Shown one piece after another: positions 1-8,200 of a DNA stretch of 64,000 bases. A program made the position numbers and the translations under genes. The stretch is taken from assembly GCA_027492205.1 (NCBI GenBank), contig JAOZFN010000007.1, forward strand, positions 150,045 through 214,044, read 5' to 3'. Every line of letters begins with the position of its first letter. Positions within the stretch are counted from its first letter, which is position 1. The DNA is from Thermoproteota archaeon (lineage in GTDB: Archaea > Korarchaeota > Korarchaeia > Korarchaeales > Korarchaeaceae). The notes beneath the pieces are model-generated. The model saw only the letters and a list, made by a program, of their open reading frames with translations, had not been told where the DNA came from and searched no databases.

Positions 1-345
1 GAGTCGATGAGGGAGGGGTGGGGAGACTTCGAGGTGCTCACCCTGGGCCACTCGGGTGACGTGAAGCCAGTTGTTAGCGAGCATCTTCGCCTCGCTAACG
101 AACTCAACGGCAGGGGCCCCAGCCTCCTGATCTACGACAGCGTAACGGCCCTAGCTCAAATGGTCGGTCACAGGGAGGCGTACCTGCTGATGAGGACGCT
201 CTTAGAGTCTCTTGAGGGGAGAAGCCGGGTGGTGTTCGTGATCTTCCCTTGGGCTCACGAGCACTGGGAGGTGGCTCGATTTCGGGCGCTCGTCCCGGAC
301 GTTTTCGTGGCAGTCGCCGGTAGGATACTCAGGATTGAGGACTGA
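1..345 (+). CDS. 3' part of a gene entering from upstream of the window; hypothetical, with weak resemblance to a RecA/KaiC-superfamily ATPase C-terminus
   Basis: The frame is open from nt 1, although the ORF track starts it at the internal Met at 7. Segments such as SLLIYDSVTAL and VVFVIFPW resemble the end of KaiC/RadA-like ATPase domains. The family call is weak. Confidence 0.4.
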   Translation, partial: ESMREGWGDFEVLTLGHSGDVKPVVSEHLRLANELNGRGPSLLIYDSVTALAQMVGHREAYLLMRTLLESLEGRSRVVFVIFPWAHEHWEVARFRALVPDVFVAVAGRILRIED

Positions 346-1612
346 GCCCCAGCAGCTTCAGGGCCTTAGGGAGCATCTCGTGCCCCCTCTCTATCACGCC
401 AAGCCTGCCGCGGGAGCAGGACACCTCGTCGAACCTGTCCACCTCATCGGGCGGCACGCCCGGACCCGCGACGCACGTTGGAACGGGATCGTCCGTGTGC
501 GCCCTCGCCCAACATGGCGTGGCGTGATCTGACGTGACCAGGACCGCTAGCTCCTCTCCCAGCCCATGATCCTCTATCATTGGCCTGACGAACATCTCGT
601 CAATCACCTCGATTGCTTCAACCTTGGCCCTCATGTTTCCATCGTGTCCCGGCTCATCTGGCCCCTTGAGGTGCACGTAAGCGACGTCCACGCCCCTTAG
701 AAGTCGTATAGCCGCTTCTAGCCTCGTGGGAATGTCGCTTCTGAGGCTTCCCGAGGGCGGGGGGACCTCCTCGAGTCGCATGCCTAGGAGGCGCGCTATC
801 CCGATCTCAACGGGCATCTCGACAACGGCGCCAAATGATAGGCCGTACTTCTCTGAGATGGGTTCTACCGGCGGAAGACGCGCCCCCGCATCTCTGAGCA
901 GAATGGCGTTGGCGGGCAGCTTGCCCTCCATCCTCCTTCTCTCATTGACAGGGTGTCGATCCAAGAGCTCGACCGCCCTCTCGGTAAACTCGTTCACCAG
1001 GGAGGCCGTCAATCTCGCCTCCGGTGAGGAGTCCATCGGATCGCATCGAGTCAACCTCATGTCTGGGTTGGGCACGGCGACGCTTATGAGTCCCTTGCGT
1101 CGATAGGCCGGATCTGTGTTGTCTACCATCTCAGAGAGCCGGCCCCCCTCCACTCCTATGACGACGACCGCCCTGTGGCCAACCGTGGCTTTGACTCTGA
1201 CGTAGGAGCCCGGAACGCTGAGACGCATTCCGTCCAGCGCCATAGCCAGTTCACGAGATTCCTCCGTTGTTAAGCTCCTCCCCACCCTCCGATCAATTAT
1301 CCTGAGAGTCTCCGGCTCGATCGTTGCGAAGTTTGCTCTGAACGCGACTTCACCCTCTCGAAGGATGATGCCGGCGCCCGCTGCCTCTATCGGGCCTCTG
1401 CCAGTGTAGTACCTGCGTGGATCGTAGCCCAAGATGGACAGGACCGCCGCGTCGCTCTCGGGCGCCACCCCTCTGGCTATTGTGTAGGTCATTCCACACG
1501 CGCCTCTCTTGGCTATGTGATCCAAGCCCGGCTTATGGGCCGTTAGGAGGGCCGTATCTCTACTTGCAGTCCCAGCCGCGCCGTCCAAGACCAGGTAGAG
1601 TAGCTTTACCAA
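329..1612 (-). CDS. apgM: 2,3-bisphosphoglycerate-independent phosphoglycerate mutase, archaeal type
   Basis: 427 aa. N-terminus LYLVLDGAAG, KPGLDHIAKRG and TSDHATP-type metal-site segments are typical of archaeal ApgM. TTG start at 1612. Confidence 0.9.
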   Translation of the reverse strand: MVKLLYLVLDGAAGTASRDTALLTAHKPGLDHIAKRGACGMTYTIARGVAPESDAAVLSILGYDPRRYYTGRGPIEAAGAGIILREGEVAFRANFATIEPETLRIIDRRVGRSLTTEESRELAMALDGMRLSVPGSYVRVKATVGHRAVVVIGVEGGRLSEMVDNTDPAYRRKGLISVAVPNPDMRLTRCDPMDSSPEARLTASLVNEFTERAVELLDRHPVNERRRMEGKLPANAILLRDAGARLPPVEPISEKYGLSFGAVVEMPVEIGIARLLGMRLEEVPPPSGSLRSDIPTRLEAAIRLLRGVDVAYVHLKGPDEPGHDGNMRAKVEAIEVIDEMFVRPMIEDHGLGEELAVLVTSDHATPCWARAHTDDPVPTCVAGPGVPPDEVDRFDEVSCSRGRLGVIERGHEMLPKALKLLGLSPQS

Positions 1613-1654
1613 GGAATCGAAACCTCCCGCTGTCGGGCCGCGAATCGGGGCAAG

Positions 1655-1665
1655 TTAAAATTATT
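1655..1665. promoter_or_regulatory. TATA-like element (TTAAAATTATT) in the divergent apgM / coiled-coil gene spacer
   Basis: It is the only AT-rich stretch in the 82-nt spacer. It lies about 35-45 nt from both start codons (1612 and 1695). Confidence 0.4.
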
Positions 1666-1694
1666 CGGCGGTCAAAGGACGTGGCTGGTGAAGA

Positions 1695-2498
1695 ATGGAG
1701 GGTAGCGACCTTGATGAGCAGCAGGTGAAAAAGGCCCTCCTGAAGCTCAGCGAAAAGTATCTGCTAGGCGACATTGAGAAGGACGAGTACGAGTCCCTGA
1801 AGGCTAAGCTTGAGTCGGCCCTTAACCTGATCAGGCTGAGGGAAAATCTTGAGAGAGGAGAGATTGGGCTGGACGAGTATGAGGCCGTTGCGGCGGAGCT
1901 GGAGAAGAAGACTGAGGGGGTAGGGGATGTCGTGGCGGAGCTGCTGAGGGAGGAGACCGTGCAGCCTACTTCGAAGCCCATTGCAGAGGCGCCGAGCGCC
2001 GAATCTCCCGCCCCCATTCCAGTCAGAGTTGACGTCCAGCCTGGGGGCATCGCGGCCCCGCCGGAGGCTCCGGGAAAGGGAGTTCCGGAGGAGGAAGTCA
2101 AAGGGCTCCTAGACGTGGTTCAGGATATGCTTTCCCAGCTGGAGGATCTCGATTTCAAGAGGAAGAAGCTCAGGGACCTCTTCGTAAATGGGGAAATATC
2201 GGATGACACGTTCGTCGATCTATACCAGGACCTCAGAAGCCTGAGGGAGGAGCTGATAAGAAAGCTGGAGGAGAAGAGGTCAGAGCTTGAAGAAGAGCTC
2301 GTGGAGTCCAAGAGGGCCATTAGAGAGATGGAGCGGGAGCTGGAGGTGCTCCGCGCCAAGGCGGCGCTGGGTCAAATATCAGACATTGAGTACGAGACCA
2401 GAAGAGAAAAGATTGAGGAGAATCTGGCTCGACTTCGGGCGAACATGGAGACCGTTCAGAAGGCCCTCTCTATAATGGGGGTAGGAGAGGGAGAGTGA
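1695..2498 (+). CDS. Coiled-coil protein with four SHOCT-like G-x-I-x3-E-Y repeats and a central Pro/Ala-rich linker
   Basis: 267 aa with four repeats: GDIEKDEYESLKAKL, GEIGLDEYEAVAAEL, GEISDDTFVDLYQDL and GQISDIEYETRREKI. The C-terminal half is E/K/R/L-rich and heptad-like. Confidence 0.6.
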   Translation: MEGSDLDEQQVKKALLKLSEKYLLGDIEKDEYESLKAKLESALNLIRLRENLERGEIGLDEYEAVAAELEKKTEGVGDVVAELLREETVQPTSKPIAEAPSAESPAPIPVRVDVQPGGIAAPPEAPGKGVPEEEVKGLLDVVQDMLSQLEDLDFKRKKLRDLFVNGEISDDTFVDLYQDLRSLREELIRKLEEKRSELEEELVESKRAIREMERELEVLRAKAALGQISDIEYETRREKIEENLARLRANMETVQKALSIMGVGEGE

Positions 2499-2540
2499 CT
2501 CGATCACCGCGATAGCTATGGTGGCCTGGAGGGAGAAGGG

Positions 2541-2550
2541 AAGAAAAAGA
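2541..2550 (-). terminator. Oligo-U tract (UCUUUUUCUU on the minus strand) downstream of the histone gene
   Basis: A pyrimidine/T5 run lies 23-32 nt past the histone stop (2573). Archaeal termination typically uses oligo-T tracts. Confidence 0.45.
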
Positions 2551-2572
2551 GGGGTAGAGGCTGCAGGTTCGC

Positions 2573-2800
2573 CTACTTCTTGGACTTCTTCCAAATGGCC
2601 TGAATGGCTAGGTCGATGTCATCGGCGGTTACAGTCTTCCTTCCAGCGTGTCGGGCGAGTTCAGCAGCCTGCTTGGCAACCTCAACGCCAAACTTCTCAA
2701 GATGGTAGACGAGCGTCTCCGTTGCAGACTCGCTAACCCTCTCAGCGCCAGCCTCCTTGATTATCCTCGCAACAGGCGCCTTAGGTAGGTACCTTGGCAT
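2573..2800 (-). CDS. Archaeal histone (single histone fold, HMf/HTk-like)
   Basis: 75 aa. LPKAPVARIIKEAGAERVSE...AKQAAELARHAGRKTVTADDIDLA is the canonical archaeal histone-fold sequence. Confidence 0.9.
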   Translation of the reverse strand: MPRYLPKAPVARIIKEAGAERVSESATETLVYHLEKFGVEVAKQAAELARHAGRKTVTADDIDLAIQAIWKKSKK

Positions 2801-2831
2801 GCTTTCACCTGTCGAAATCCGGTCGTGTATA

Positions 2832-2840
2832 GGATAAAAG
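2832..2840 (-). promoter_or_regulatory. TATA box (CTTTTATCC on the minus strand) of the histone gene
   Basis: It is centred about 35 nt upstream of ATG 2800, which fits a very short leader. Confidence 0.5.
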
Positions 2841-2967
2841 TTTACCGGCTCGTCGCCGAACTCCTCGGCAGAATGAGCCGCCGCAAGAGCCCGATTCGCC
2901 TTGGTAGGAGCCTCTCAACGCATTAGAAGTCTGTTAAGAATACTTACGAAACAAAGCAATCCCGGGG

Positions 2968-2979
2968 TATTTTAAATTA
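2968..2979 (+). promoter_or_regulatory. TATA box (TATTTTAAATTA) upstream of the RDD/SpoIIM gene
   Basis: Strong AT-rich element in an AT-rich spacer, 13-24 nt upstream of the TTG at 2992. This implies that translation starts further downstream, at ATG 3016 or ATG 3109. Confidence 0.45.
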
Positions 2980-2991
2980 GTTCACGATAAG

Positions 2992-4671
2992 TTGGTGTAT
3001 TGGAACAAACAGTTGATGCCGTATTCAGCACTTTTCCATTCGTCTGAATCACTTTATACCCCTCCGGATCTCGGATCTGCCTATAGCAAGTGGCGGGTGA
3101 ATCCGCGCATGGACCATGCACCCATTGTAGTCGATGAACTCGCCGCTGGGGCCGCCGCCAGGTTGATCGCCTTCCTGCTCGACCTGCTCGTAGTGGGGTT
3201 CCTCTTCGCTCCACTCCTAGCACTGGCCCTCGGGGGGAGCTTCATCCGTCTGTGGGCGATCGCCAGCCTGGAGTTCTTCGGCTACCTGGTGTACTTTTCC
3301 TACTTGGAAGGGAAGAGGGGCGCCACGCTGGGAAAAGAGCTGCTCGGCCTCAGGGTACTGGGAGAGCGCCTTACTCCCCCATCCTACTGGCAGGCATTCG
3401 TTAGGGGCCTGACGAGGGCAGCAGATCTGGCCCTCTTGGGCCTCCCCTTGATTCTGCGGGCCGATCGAAGGAGGTTGGGGGACGTCCTTTCCGGCACTGT
3501 CGTCGTGGCCGAGAGCAAGGCTGCGCTCAAGATACCCACCCCGGGCAGGTATGCGTCCCTTAAGCGGATTGGTGGAAGGGCCTGGGAGAGAGATCGGGCT
3601 ATCGTAGAGGGCCTCATTCTAGAGGTTAGGGAGAGACTCGGCGAAGGACAAGCCCAGCTGGCCGACGAGATCCTCCACAGGGTCTCAGAGAGGGAGGGGG
3701 TCAGCGAGGGGGAGGTGAAGGAAAGGGTAACTCGACTCTTGGGACTCGATGACAGCGACTGGAGAGTGGCCGTGGTGACGTATGGTCTGATGAGTGGGCT
3801 CGTCACCTTCAAGAGGGAGAGTCTGCTGAGGAGGTCCGCATCTGTCCTCAGGAGGGCCGCCGAATTGGCCTCGCGGCTCGAGGACGGGATGGAGTTCGAG
3901 GCGAGGGCTCGTGTTCTGGAGTCTCTCGATGAAATGAGATCGAAGAGACGGAGGCCGAACGTCCGATCTAGCGTCGCCTCCGTCCTCACCGCAGCCCCCG
4001 TCGAGTTCAGGTCGAGCCTGCCCTTCTTCGCCGTTGCCCTGCTGATACTGCTCTCAGGCGTGGGTCTGGGAGTGATGGTGGGTTCAGAGTTCGCTCAGGA
4101 GCTCAGTAAGATATTCGGGCCTCCCGGGGACATCAGGTCTGAAAGACCCGCCCTGCTTGCGGCGGCCATCGCCATGAACAACGTGCGAGTTGACCTGGGC
4201 GTTCTGCTCGGAGCCGGACCCGCAGTTTACCCACTCATACTGATGCTCCTCACGAACGGGGCCGTGGTTGGGTCCCTGGCCGCGCATTCAATGGCTTCAG
4301 ACGGCATCACGAGGTTCCTAGCCCTGATAGCCCCCCACGGAGTGGGAGAGCTCTCCCTCTTCCTTGTTGCCGCCGCCGGGGGCTTCAAGATCGCGTGGAA
4401 GATGATGTTCCCAGGGAGAGGCAGGGAGGCCGCGCTTCGAAGCGCCAGGAGGGCGATCGTCCTGCCGGTCTTCGCCGCGCTGCTCTTGCCGGTCTACGCG
4501 ATAATTGAAGCATTCGTGACACCCAGGCTCGCCAACAGCCCCAAGGCAGCCCTCCTAGTGGGGGTTGCCTCGGCGGCCCCCGTCTACCTGTGGATCCTCC
4601 TGGGCAGAGGAAGCGCCGTTAGAGATGCTGAGGAGGACGCCCGGTCCGCGTCCGGAGGGGAGGCGCCTTGA
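2992..4671 (+). CDS. Membrane protein fusing an N-terminal RDD-family module to a C-terminal SpoIIM/DUF95-type module
   Basis: RDD part: GKRGATLGKELLGLRV...ADRRRLGDVLSGTVVV. SpoIIM-like part: NNVRVDLGVLLGAG...LIAPHGVGELSLFLVAAAGG. The start is uncertain (TTG 2992, ATG 3016 or ATG 3109). Confidence 0.75.
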   Translation: MVYWNKQLMPYSALFHSSESLYTPPDLGSAYSKWRVNPRMDHAPIVVDELAAGAAARLIAFLLDLLVVGFLFAPLLALALGGSFIRLWAIASLEFFGYLVYFSYLEGKRGATLGKELLGLRVLGERLTPPSYWQAFVRGLTRAADLALLGLPLILRADRRRLGDVLSGTVVVAESKAALKIPTPGRYASLKRIGGRAWERDRAIVEGLILEVRERLGEGQAQLADEILHRVSEREGVSEGEVKERVTRLLGLDDSDWRVAVVTYGLMSGLVTFKRESLLRRSASVLRRAAELASRLEDGMEFEARARVLESLDEMRSKRRRPNVRSSVASVLTAAPVEFRSSLPFFAVALLILLSGVGLGVMVGSEFAQELSKIFGPPGDIRSERPALLAAAIAMNNVRVDLGVLLGAGPAVYPLILMLLTNGAVVGSLAAHSMASDGITRFLALIAPHGVGELSLFLVAAAGGFKIAWKMMFPGRGREAALRSARRAIVLPVFAALLLPVYAIIEAFVTPRLANSPKAALLVGVASAAPVYLWILLGRGSAVRDAEEDARSASGGEAP

Positions 4672-6077
4672 GAGTGATGGGAGAGTCAGAGGATCGGCTC
4701 AGTCGGGCCTTGCGCGAGGGCGAGCTGACCGTCGCCGTCTACGGCCTGGGACACGTGGGAGTCCCCTTGCTGGCCGCCTGGCTGTTGGCCGGCGCCAGGG
4801 GCATCGGGGTAGATGTGGATGAAGCCAAGGTTGCGGCGGTGGCCTCAGGTCGCAGTCCCGTCGAGGAGCCGGGGGTAGAAGAGATCCTGAGGGCGGCCCT
4901 CTCGAGCGGCAGGCTGAAGTCAACGACCAACGGAGTCCTCGCGTCCAGGGAATCCGACGTGAAGCTGGTAGCCGTTCCGACGAAGCTCAAGTCCTCCCCC
5001 GCATCCATGGGAGCGGAAGCGGACCTATCTGCCCTGAAGTCGGCCGCTAGGGCTATCGGGAAGGGACTCAAGGAGGGAGACTTGGTCATCCTCGAGAGCA
5101 GCGTCCCGCCCGGAACGACGAGGAGGGTGTTGAGACCCACACTCGAGGAGGTCAGCGGCCTCACCGCTGAGAGGGACTTTGGCCTGGCATATAGCCCTGA
5201 GAGGATCTACGTGGGCAGGGCCCTGGCGGACATAGTCGAGAGGTACCCCAAGATCGTGGGAGGGGTCGGCCCGGAGAGCGCCCGGGTCGCCGCTGCCCTC
5301 TACCGAGAGGTGGCGAAGGGGGGCGTGATGGTCCTGTCCAGCGACGTCGCGGCGGAGTTTGAGAAGCTCGCGGAGGGGGCCTACAGAGACGTCAACATAG
5401 CTCTAGCCAACCAGCTGGCGATCCTAGCCGCCAGGCTGGGGGTTGAGTTCGAGGAGATCAGAGAGGCGGCAAACAGCCAGCCGTTCTGTCATCTCCACCG
5501 TCCTGGAACGGGCGTCGGGGGGCCCTGCATTCCCATCTACCCCCACTTCCTCCTCGAGGTGGCGCGTGACGTCGGAGCCGACCTCGAACTCGTAGAGCTA
5601 GCCAGGAAGATCAACTCTGAGATGCCGAGACGCGTTGCCCACCTCGCCCTGGAAGGGACCGAGCGGGCCGGGTTGAACCCGAACTCCGCCAGCGTGTGCG
5701 TCCTAGGACTCGCCTTCAGGGGAGGGGTGGCAGACACCCGCCTCAGCCCGACCTACGATCTCGTGGGGGAACTCCTAAGGTTGGGGTTCCGCAGCGTGAG
5801 GGTGCACGATCCCAGAGTCCGAGCTGGGGGGGGCCTGCCCCGGGGGGTCAGGTTCCTCTCCGACCTTCGCGCCGCGCTCCAAGGGTGTCAGGTGGTCGTG
5901 CTCTCGACCGACCACCCCGAGTATGTCGGGATGAGCCCAGCAAGACTCCGCGAGCTATCTCAGGGGACCCTGCTAGTGGTGGTGGATGGGAGGGATTGCC
6001 TGGACGCCAGGCACGTGCCGGAGGGCATGATATACCTGGCTGTCGGGAGGCCGATCAGGGTTGGGGGATCCGGCTGA
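4668..6077 (+). CDS. Nucleotide-sugar dehydrogenase (UDP-glucose/GDP-mannose dehydrogenase family, WecC/Cap5O-like)
   Basis: 469 aa. Contains the Rossmann segment VAVYGLGHVGVPLL, plus SSVPPGTT, YRDVNIALANQ and GGPCIPIYP. The TTG start overlaps the upstream stop (TTGA). Confidence 0.85.
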   Translation: MRVMGESEDRLSRALREGELTVAVYGLGHVGVPLLAAWLLAGARGIGVDVDEAKVAAVASGRSPVEEPGVEEILRAALSSGRLKSTTNGVLASRESDVKLVAVPTKLKSSPASMGAEADLSALKSAARAIGKGLKEGDLVILESSVPPGTTRRVLRPTLEEVSGLTAERDFGLAYSPERIYVGRALADIVERYPKIVGGVGPESARVAAALYREVAKGGVMVLSSDVAAEFEKLAEGAYRDVNIALANQLAILAARLGVEFEEIREAANSQPFCHLHRPGTGVGGPCIPIYPHFLLEVARDVGADLELVELARKINSEMPRRVAHLALEGTERAGLNPNSASVCVLGLAFRGGVADTRLSPTYDLVGELLRLGFRSVRVHDPRVRAGGGLPRGVRFLSDLRAALQGCQVVVLSTDHPEYVGMSPARLRELSQGTLLVVVDGRDCLDARHVPEGMIYLAVGRPIRVGGSG

Positions 6078-6906
6078 CATCCTGAGGAGGCCGGATCGGC
6101 CACCCGACAGGGAATCTTTTCTTCGGCTGCTCGAGGATACCGAGGAGGAGTTCTCGGGGATCCGCCACCTGCTGGAGGTTGAGGACCCTGAGTGGCCCGT
6201 GCTCTTCGTGGGGGACACCCACGGGGACCTCGAGTCGGCCGTCAGGGCCAAGGAGCTGGCGGATGAGAGAGGGGCCAGCGTCGTCTTGTTGGGCGACTAC
6301 GTCGACAGGGGGCCGAACCAAGTCGAGACCCTGTCCTTTGTGCTTGCTTGGAGGCTCGTCGAACCGGAGAGGGTGGTGATCCTGCGGGGGAACCACGAGA
6401 GCCCCCTCACCAACCCGTACTACGGCTTCCTAAGGGCTGTGGTTGGTCTATATGATAAGCAGGTGTACGACCAGGCCACGCGAACGTTCGCACAGCTCCC
6501 CTACGCCGCCAGGATAGGAGGTGAGGTGCTCGCTATTCACGGGGGGCTTTCAAGAGGGATCAGCGGTGTGGAGGAGATAGCTGGCCTGCCCAAGGGGGAT
6601 TTGAACCCCGATCACCCGGTCGCCATGCAGCTGCTGTGGAACGATCCAGACGAGTCCATTGAAGACTTCGCCCCCAGCGTGCGTGGCCCCGGAGTTTTCA
6701 GGTTCGGGAGGAGGGCCTTCCGCGACTTTATGGATAACTCAAGGCTAAGGTTACTGGTGAGGGCCCACGAGTTCTTTCCGGAGGGGGTGCGAACGTTCTT
6801 CGGGGGGAGGCTCCTCAGCGTCTTCAGCTGTAGGTTCTACGGCGGAACTCCTGCGGCCGTCCTAATGGACGAGGGGCTCAGCTGGAGGATGGTCCCCCTC
6901 TCATGA
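6061..6906 (+). CDS. PPP-family (PP1-arch type) serine/threonine protein phosphatase
   Basis: All PPP motifs are present: GDTHGD, GDYVDRG, GNHE and HGG. It overlaps the upstream gene by 17 nt. Confidence 0.85.
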   Translation: MGDPADILRRPDRPPDRESFLRLLEDTEEEFSGIRHLLEVEDPEWPVLFVGDTHGDLESAVRAKELADERGASVVLLGDYVDRGPNQVETLSFVLAWRLVEPERVVILRGNHESPLTNPYYGFLRAVVGLYDKQVYDQATRTFAQLPYAARIGGEVLAIHGGLSRGISGVEEIAGLPKGDLNPDHPVAMQLLWNDPDESIEDFAPSVRGPGVFRFGRRAFRDFMDNSRLRLLVRAHEFFPEGVRTFFGGRLLSVFSCRFYGGTPAAVLMDEGLSWRMVPLS

Positions 6907-6919
6907 GGCTCCGGCGGTT

Positions 6920-7612
6920 TCAGTACCACTCCACGTAGTAGTCCCAAAACACCCTCCCGGGCGCCTCCCGCCTCCTCCTAGCGGCCTCCCTTAGTGGCGA
7001 GCCCAGGACCAGCCCCGTGATGAAGCCCCCTACGTGAGCCCACCAGGCCACCCCGGAGATGCCGAGAGCCCCCATGATGAGCTGGTACACGAACCAGAAG
7101 CCGATGTAGTAATAGGCGGGTACCCGGACAACCTGCCAGAAGAAGCCGTAGGTGACCACGGTCTGGATTCTGGCGTGGGGGTAGAAGATCCAGTAAGCGC
7201 CGAGGACCCCGCTTATCGCCCCCGAAGCCCCCACCGCGGGGATGTACGCCGCGGGTGGCGTGAGGCTGGCCAGCACGTGGAGTCCCGTTGCACCGACGCC
7301 CGAGGCTAGGTAGAACGCAAGGTACTTGGCCTTCCCGAATGCCGCCTCCACGTTGTCCCCGAAGATGTACAGGTAGACCATGTTGCCTATCAGGTGGGAC
7401 CAGCCGCCGTGCAGGAACATGGACGTGAATATCCGGTACGCGTTTCCCAGCGGGTCGGCCAGGAACGCGGCGGGGATGAAGCCGAAGTCGTACACGGCAC
7501 GCTCCAGGCCGTACGCCAGCTCCCAGAGGAAGACCACCGTGTTGACGATGATGAGGGCGTAGGTGACGGCTGGCCTCACCCCGCTTGGGTTCTCATCTCT
7601 GATGGGGAACAT
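6920..7612 (-). CDS. Rhomboid-family intramembrane serine protease
   Basis: 230 aa. HGGWSHLIGNM, the catalytic GASGAISGVLG and HVGGFITG are present, along with multiple TM segments. A GAGGUGAU Shine-Dalgarno-like sequence lies 5-12 nt upstream of ATG 7612. Confidence 0.9.
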   Translation of the reverse strand: MFPIRDENPSGVRPAVTYALIIVNTVVFLWELAYGLERAVYDFGFIPAAFLADPLGNAYRIFTSMFLHGGWSHLIGNMVYLYIFGDNVEAAFGKAKYLAFYLASGVGATGLHVLASLTPPAAYIPAVGASGAISGVLGAYWIFYPHARIQTVVTYGFFWQVVRVPAYYYIGFWFVYQLIMGALGISGVAWWAHVGGFITGLVLGSPLREAARRRREAPGRVFWDYYVEWY

Positions 7613-7626
7613 GGGACATCACCTCG

Positions 7627-7685
7627 GGCTCAGCCGACCCTCTTCCGGGGCACTGGACCCCTCTTGCCGAATAGTCATCATCGCC
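7627..7685 (-). ncRNA. Candidate box C/D guide sRNA (perfect C and D boxes, K-turn geometry, degenerate internal boxes)
   Basis: Minus strand reads GGC-G-AUGAUGA (7681-7675), then 41 nt, then CUGA (7633-7630) and GCC. The GGC/GCC terminal stem leaves a 3-nt bulge, as in a canonical K-turn. A TATA box lies about 25 nt upstream. The internal D'/C' boxes are not recognisable. Confidence 0.4.
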
Positions 7686-7706
7686 TAAGACCTCACTCCC
7701 GGTGCC

Positions 7707-7714
7707 AATATTTA
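7707..7714 (-). promoter_or_regulatory. TATA box (TAAATATT on the minus strand) overlapping the PPAT stop codon
   Basis: It is centred about 25 nt upstream of the 5' end of the C/D candidate and about 98 nt upstream of the rhomboid ATG. Confidence 0.45.
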
Positions 7715-8200
7715 GGACTTGAGGACCCTCCCCCGGCGATCTATCTCGCCGGCCCTGATTCTGGTGGAGCTCAGCCTTCCCCCGTCCTCTGCGGGGACGA
7801 GGGGACACGCCACAATGTATAGGGGCCGAAGTCCTCTCTTTCTGCGGGCCTCGTTGACCAGCAGCGCCCCCGGAATGGTCTCCTCTGAGACCACCAAGGC
7901 GTCCGCCCTGCTGTCCTCTCCAGCCGGTCCGACCGGGTCCGTTATGCGTACGACCTCTTGATCGACGCCGAGACTCCTCAGGAAGTCCTCAACAGCCCTC
8001 TTCCTGACATCAAAGGGTTCTATCATATCCCTGTACTTTTTCGACCTGAGGAGAGGTCCGTCGGCGAGGCCCACAAACACCTCTCGGCCTATGGAGGCCG
8101 CCAGCCTCAGCAGGGACTCGTGCCCGGCGTGAAGCCTGTCGAACGTACCCGCCACGATCACCCTTCCAAAAGGCTTTCCGCACGACCCGCGATCTCCCAA
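7712..8200 (-). CDS. coaD: Phosphopantetheine adenylyltransferase, archaeal type (cytidylyltransferase fold)
   Basis: 162 aa. VIVAGTFDRLHAGHESLL (the (T/H)xGH nucleotidyltransferase motif) and the C-terminal SSTRIRAGEID are typical of archaeal PPAT. Confidence 0.8.
   Translation of the reverse strand: MGDRGSCGKPFGRVIVAGTFDRLHAGHESLLRLAASIGREVFVGLADGPLLRSKKYRDMIEPFDVRKRAVEDFLRSLGVDQEVVRITDPVGPAGEDSRADALVVSEETIPGALLVNEARRKRGLRPLYIVACPLVPAEDGGRLSSTRIRAGEIDRRGRVLKS

Noticed and set aside
2846-2880. Two-tier hairpin (CGGCTC...GAGCCG enclosing GCCGA...TCGGC) in the 191-nt histone / RDD-gene spacer, checked as a possible sRNA
   Set aside because: There is no ACA/ANA after the stem on either strand and no C/D boxes. 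It sits between two divergent TATA boxes without a promoter of its own. I keep it only as an unexplained inverted repeat, possibly a regulator site.
3013-3047. UUGAUGC ... CUGA on the + strand in the leader or 5' region of the RDD/SpoIIM gene
   Set aside because: The C box is imperfect, the boxes are only 24 nt apart (too short for even a single guide plus internal boxes), and there is no terminal stem.
7548-7602. + strand AUGAUGA (7548-7554) followed 44 nt later by CUGA (7599-7602), a possible second C/D sRNA
   Set aside because: The flanking nucleotides cannot form a terminal stem. It lies wholly inside, and antisense to, the rhomboid coding sequence, and there is no upstream TATA. It is most likely chance.
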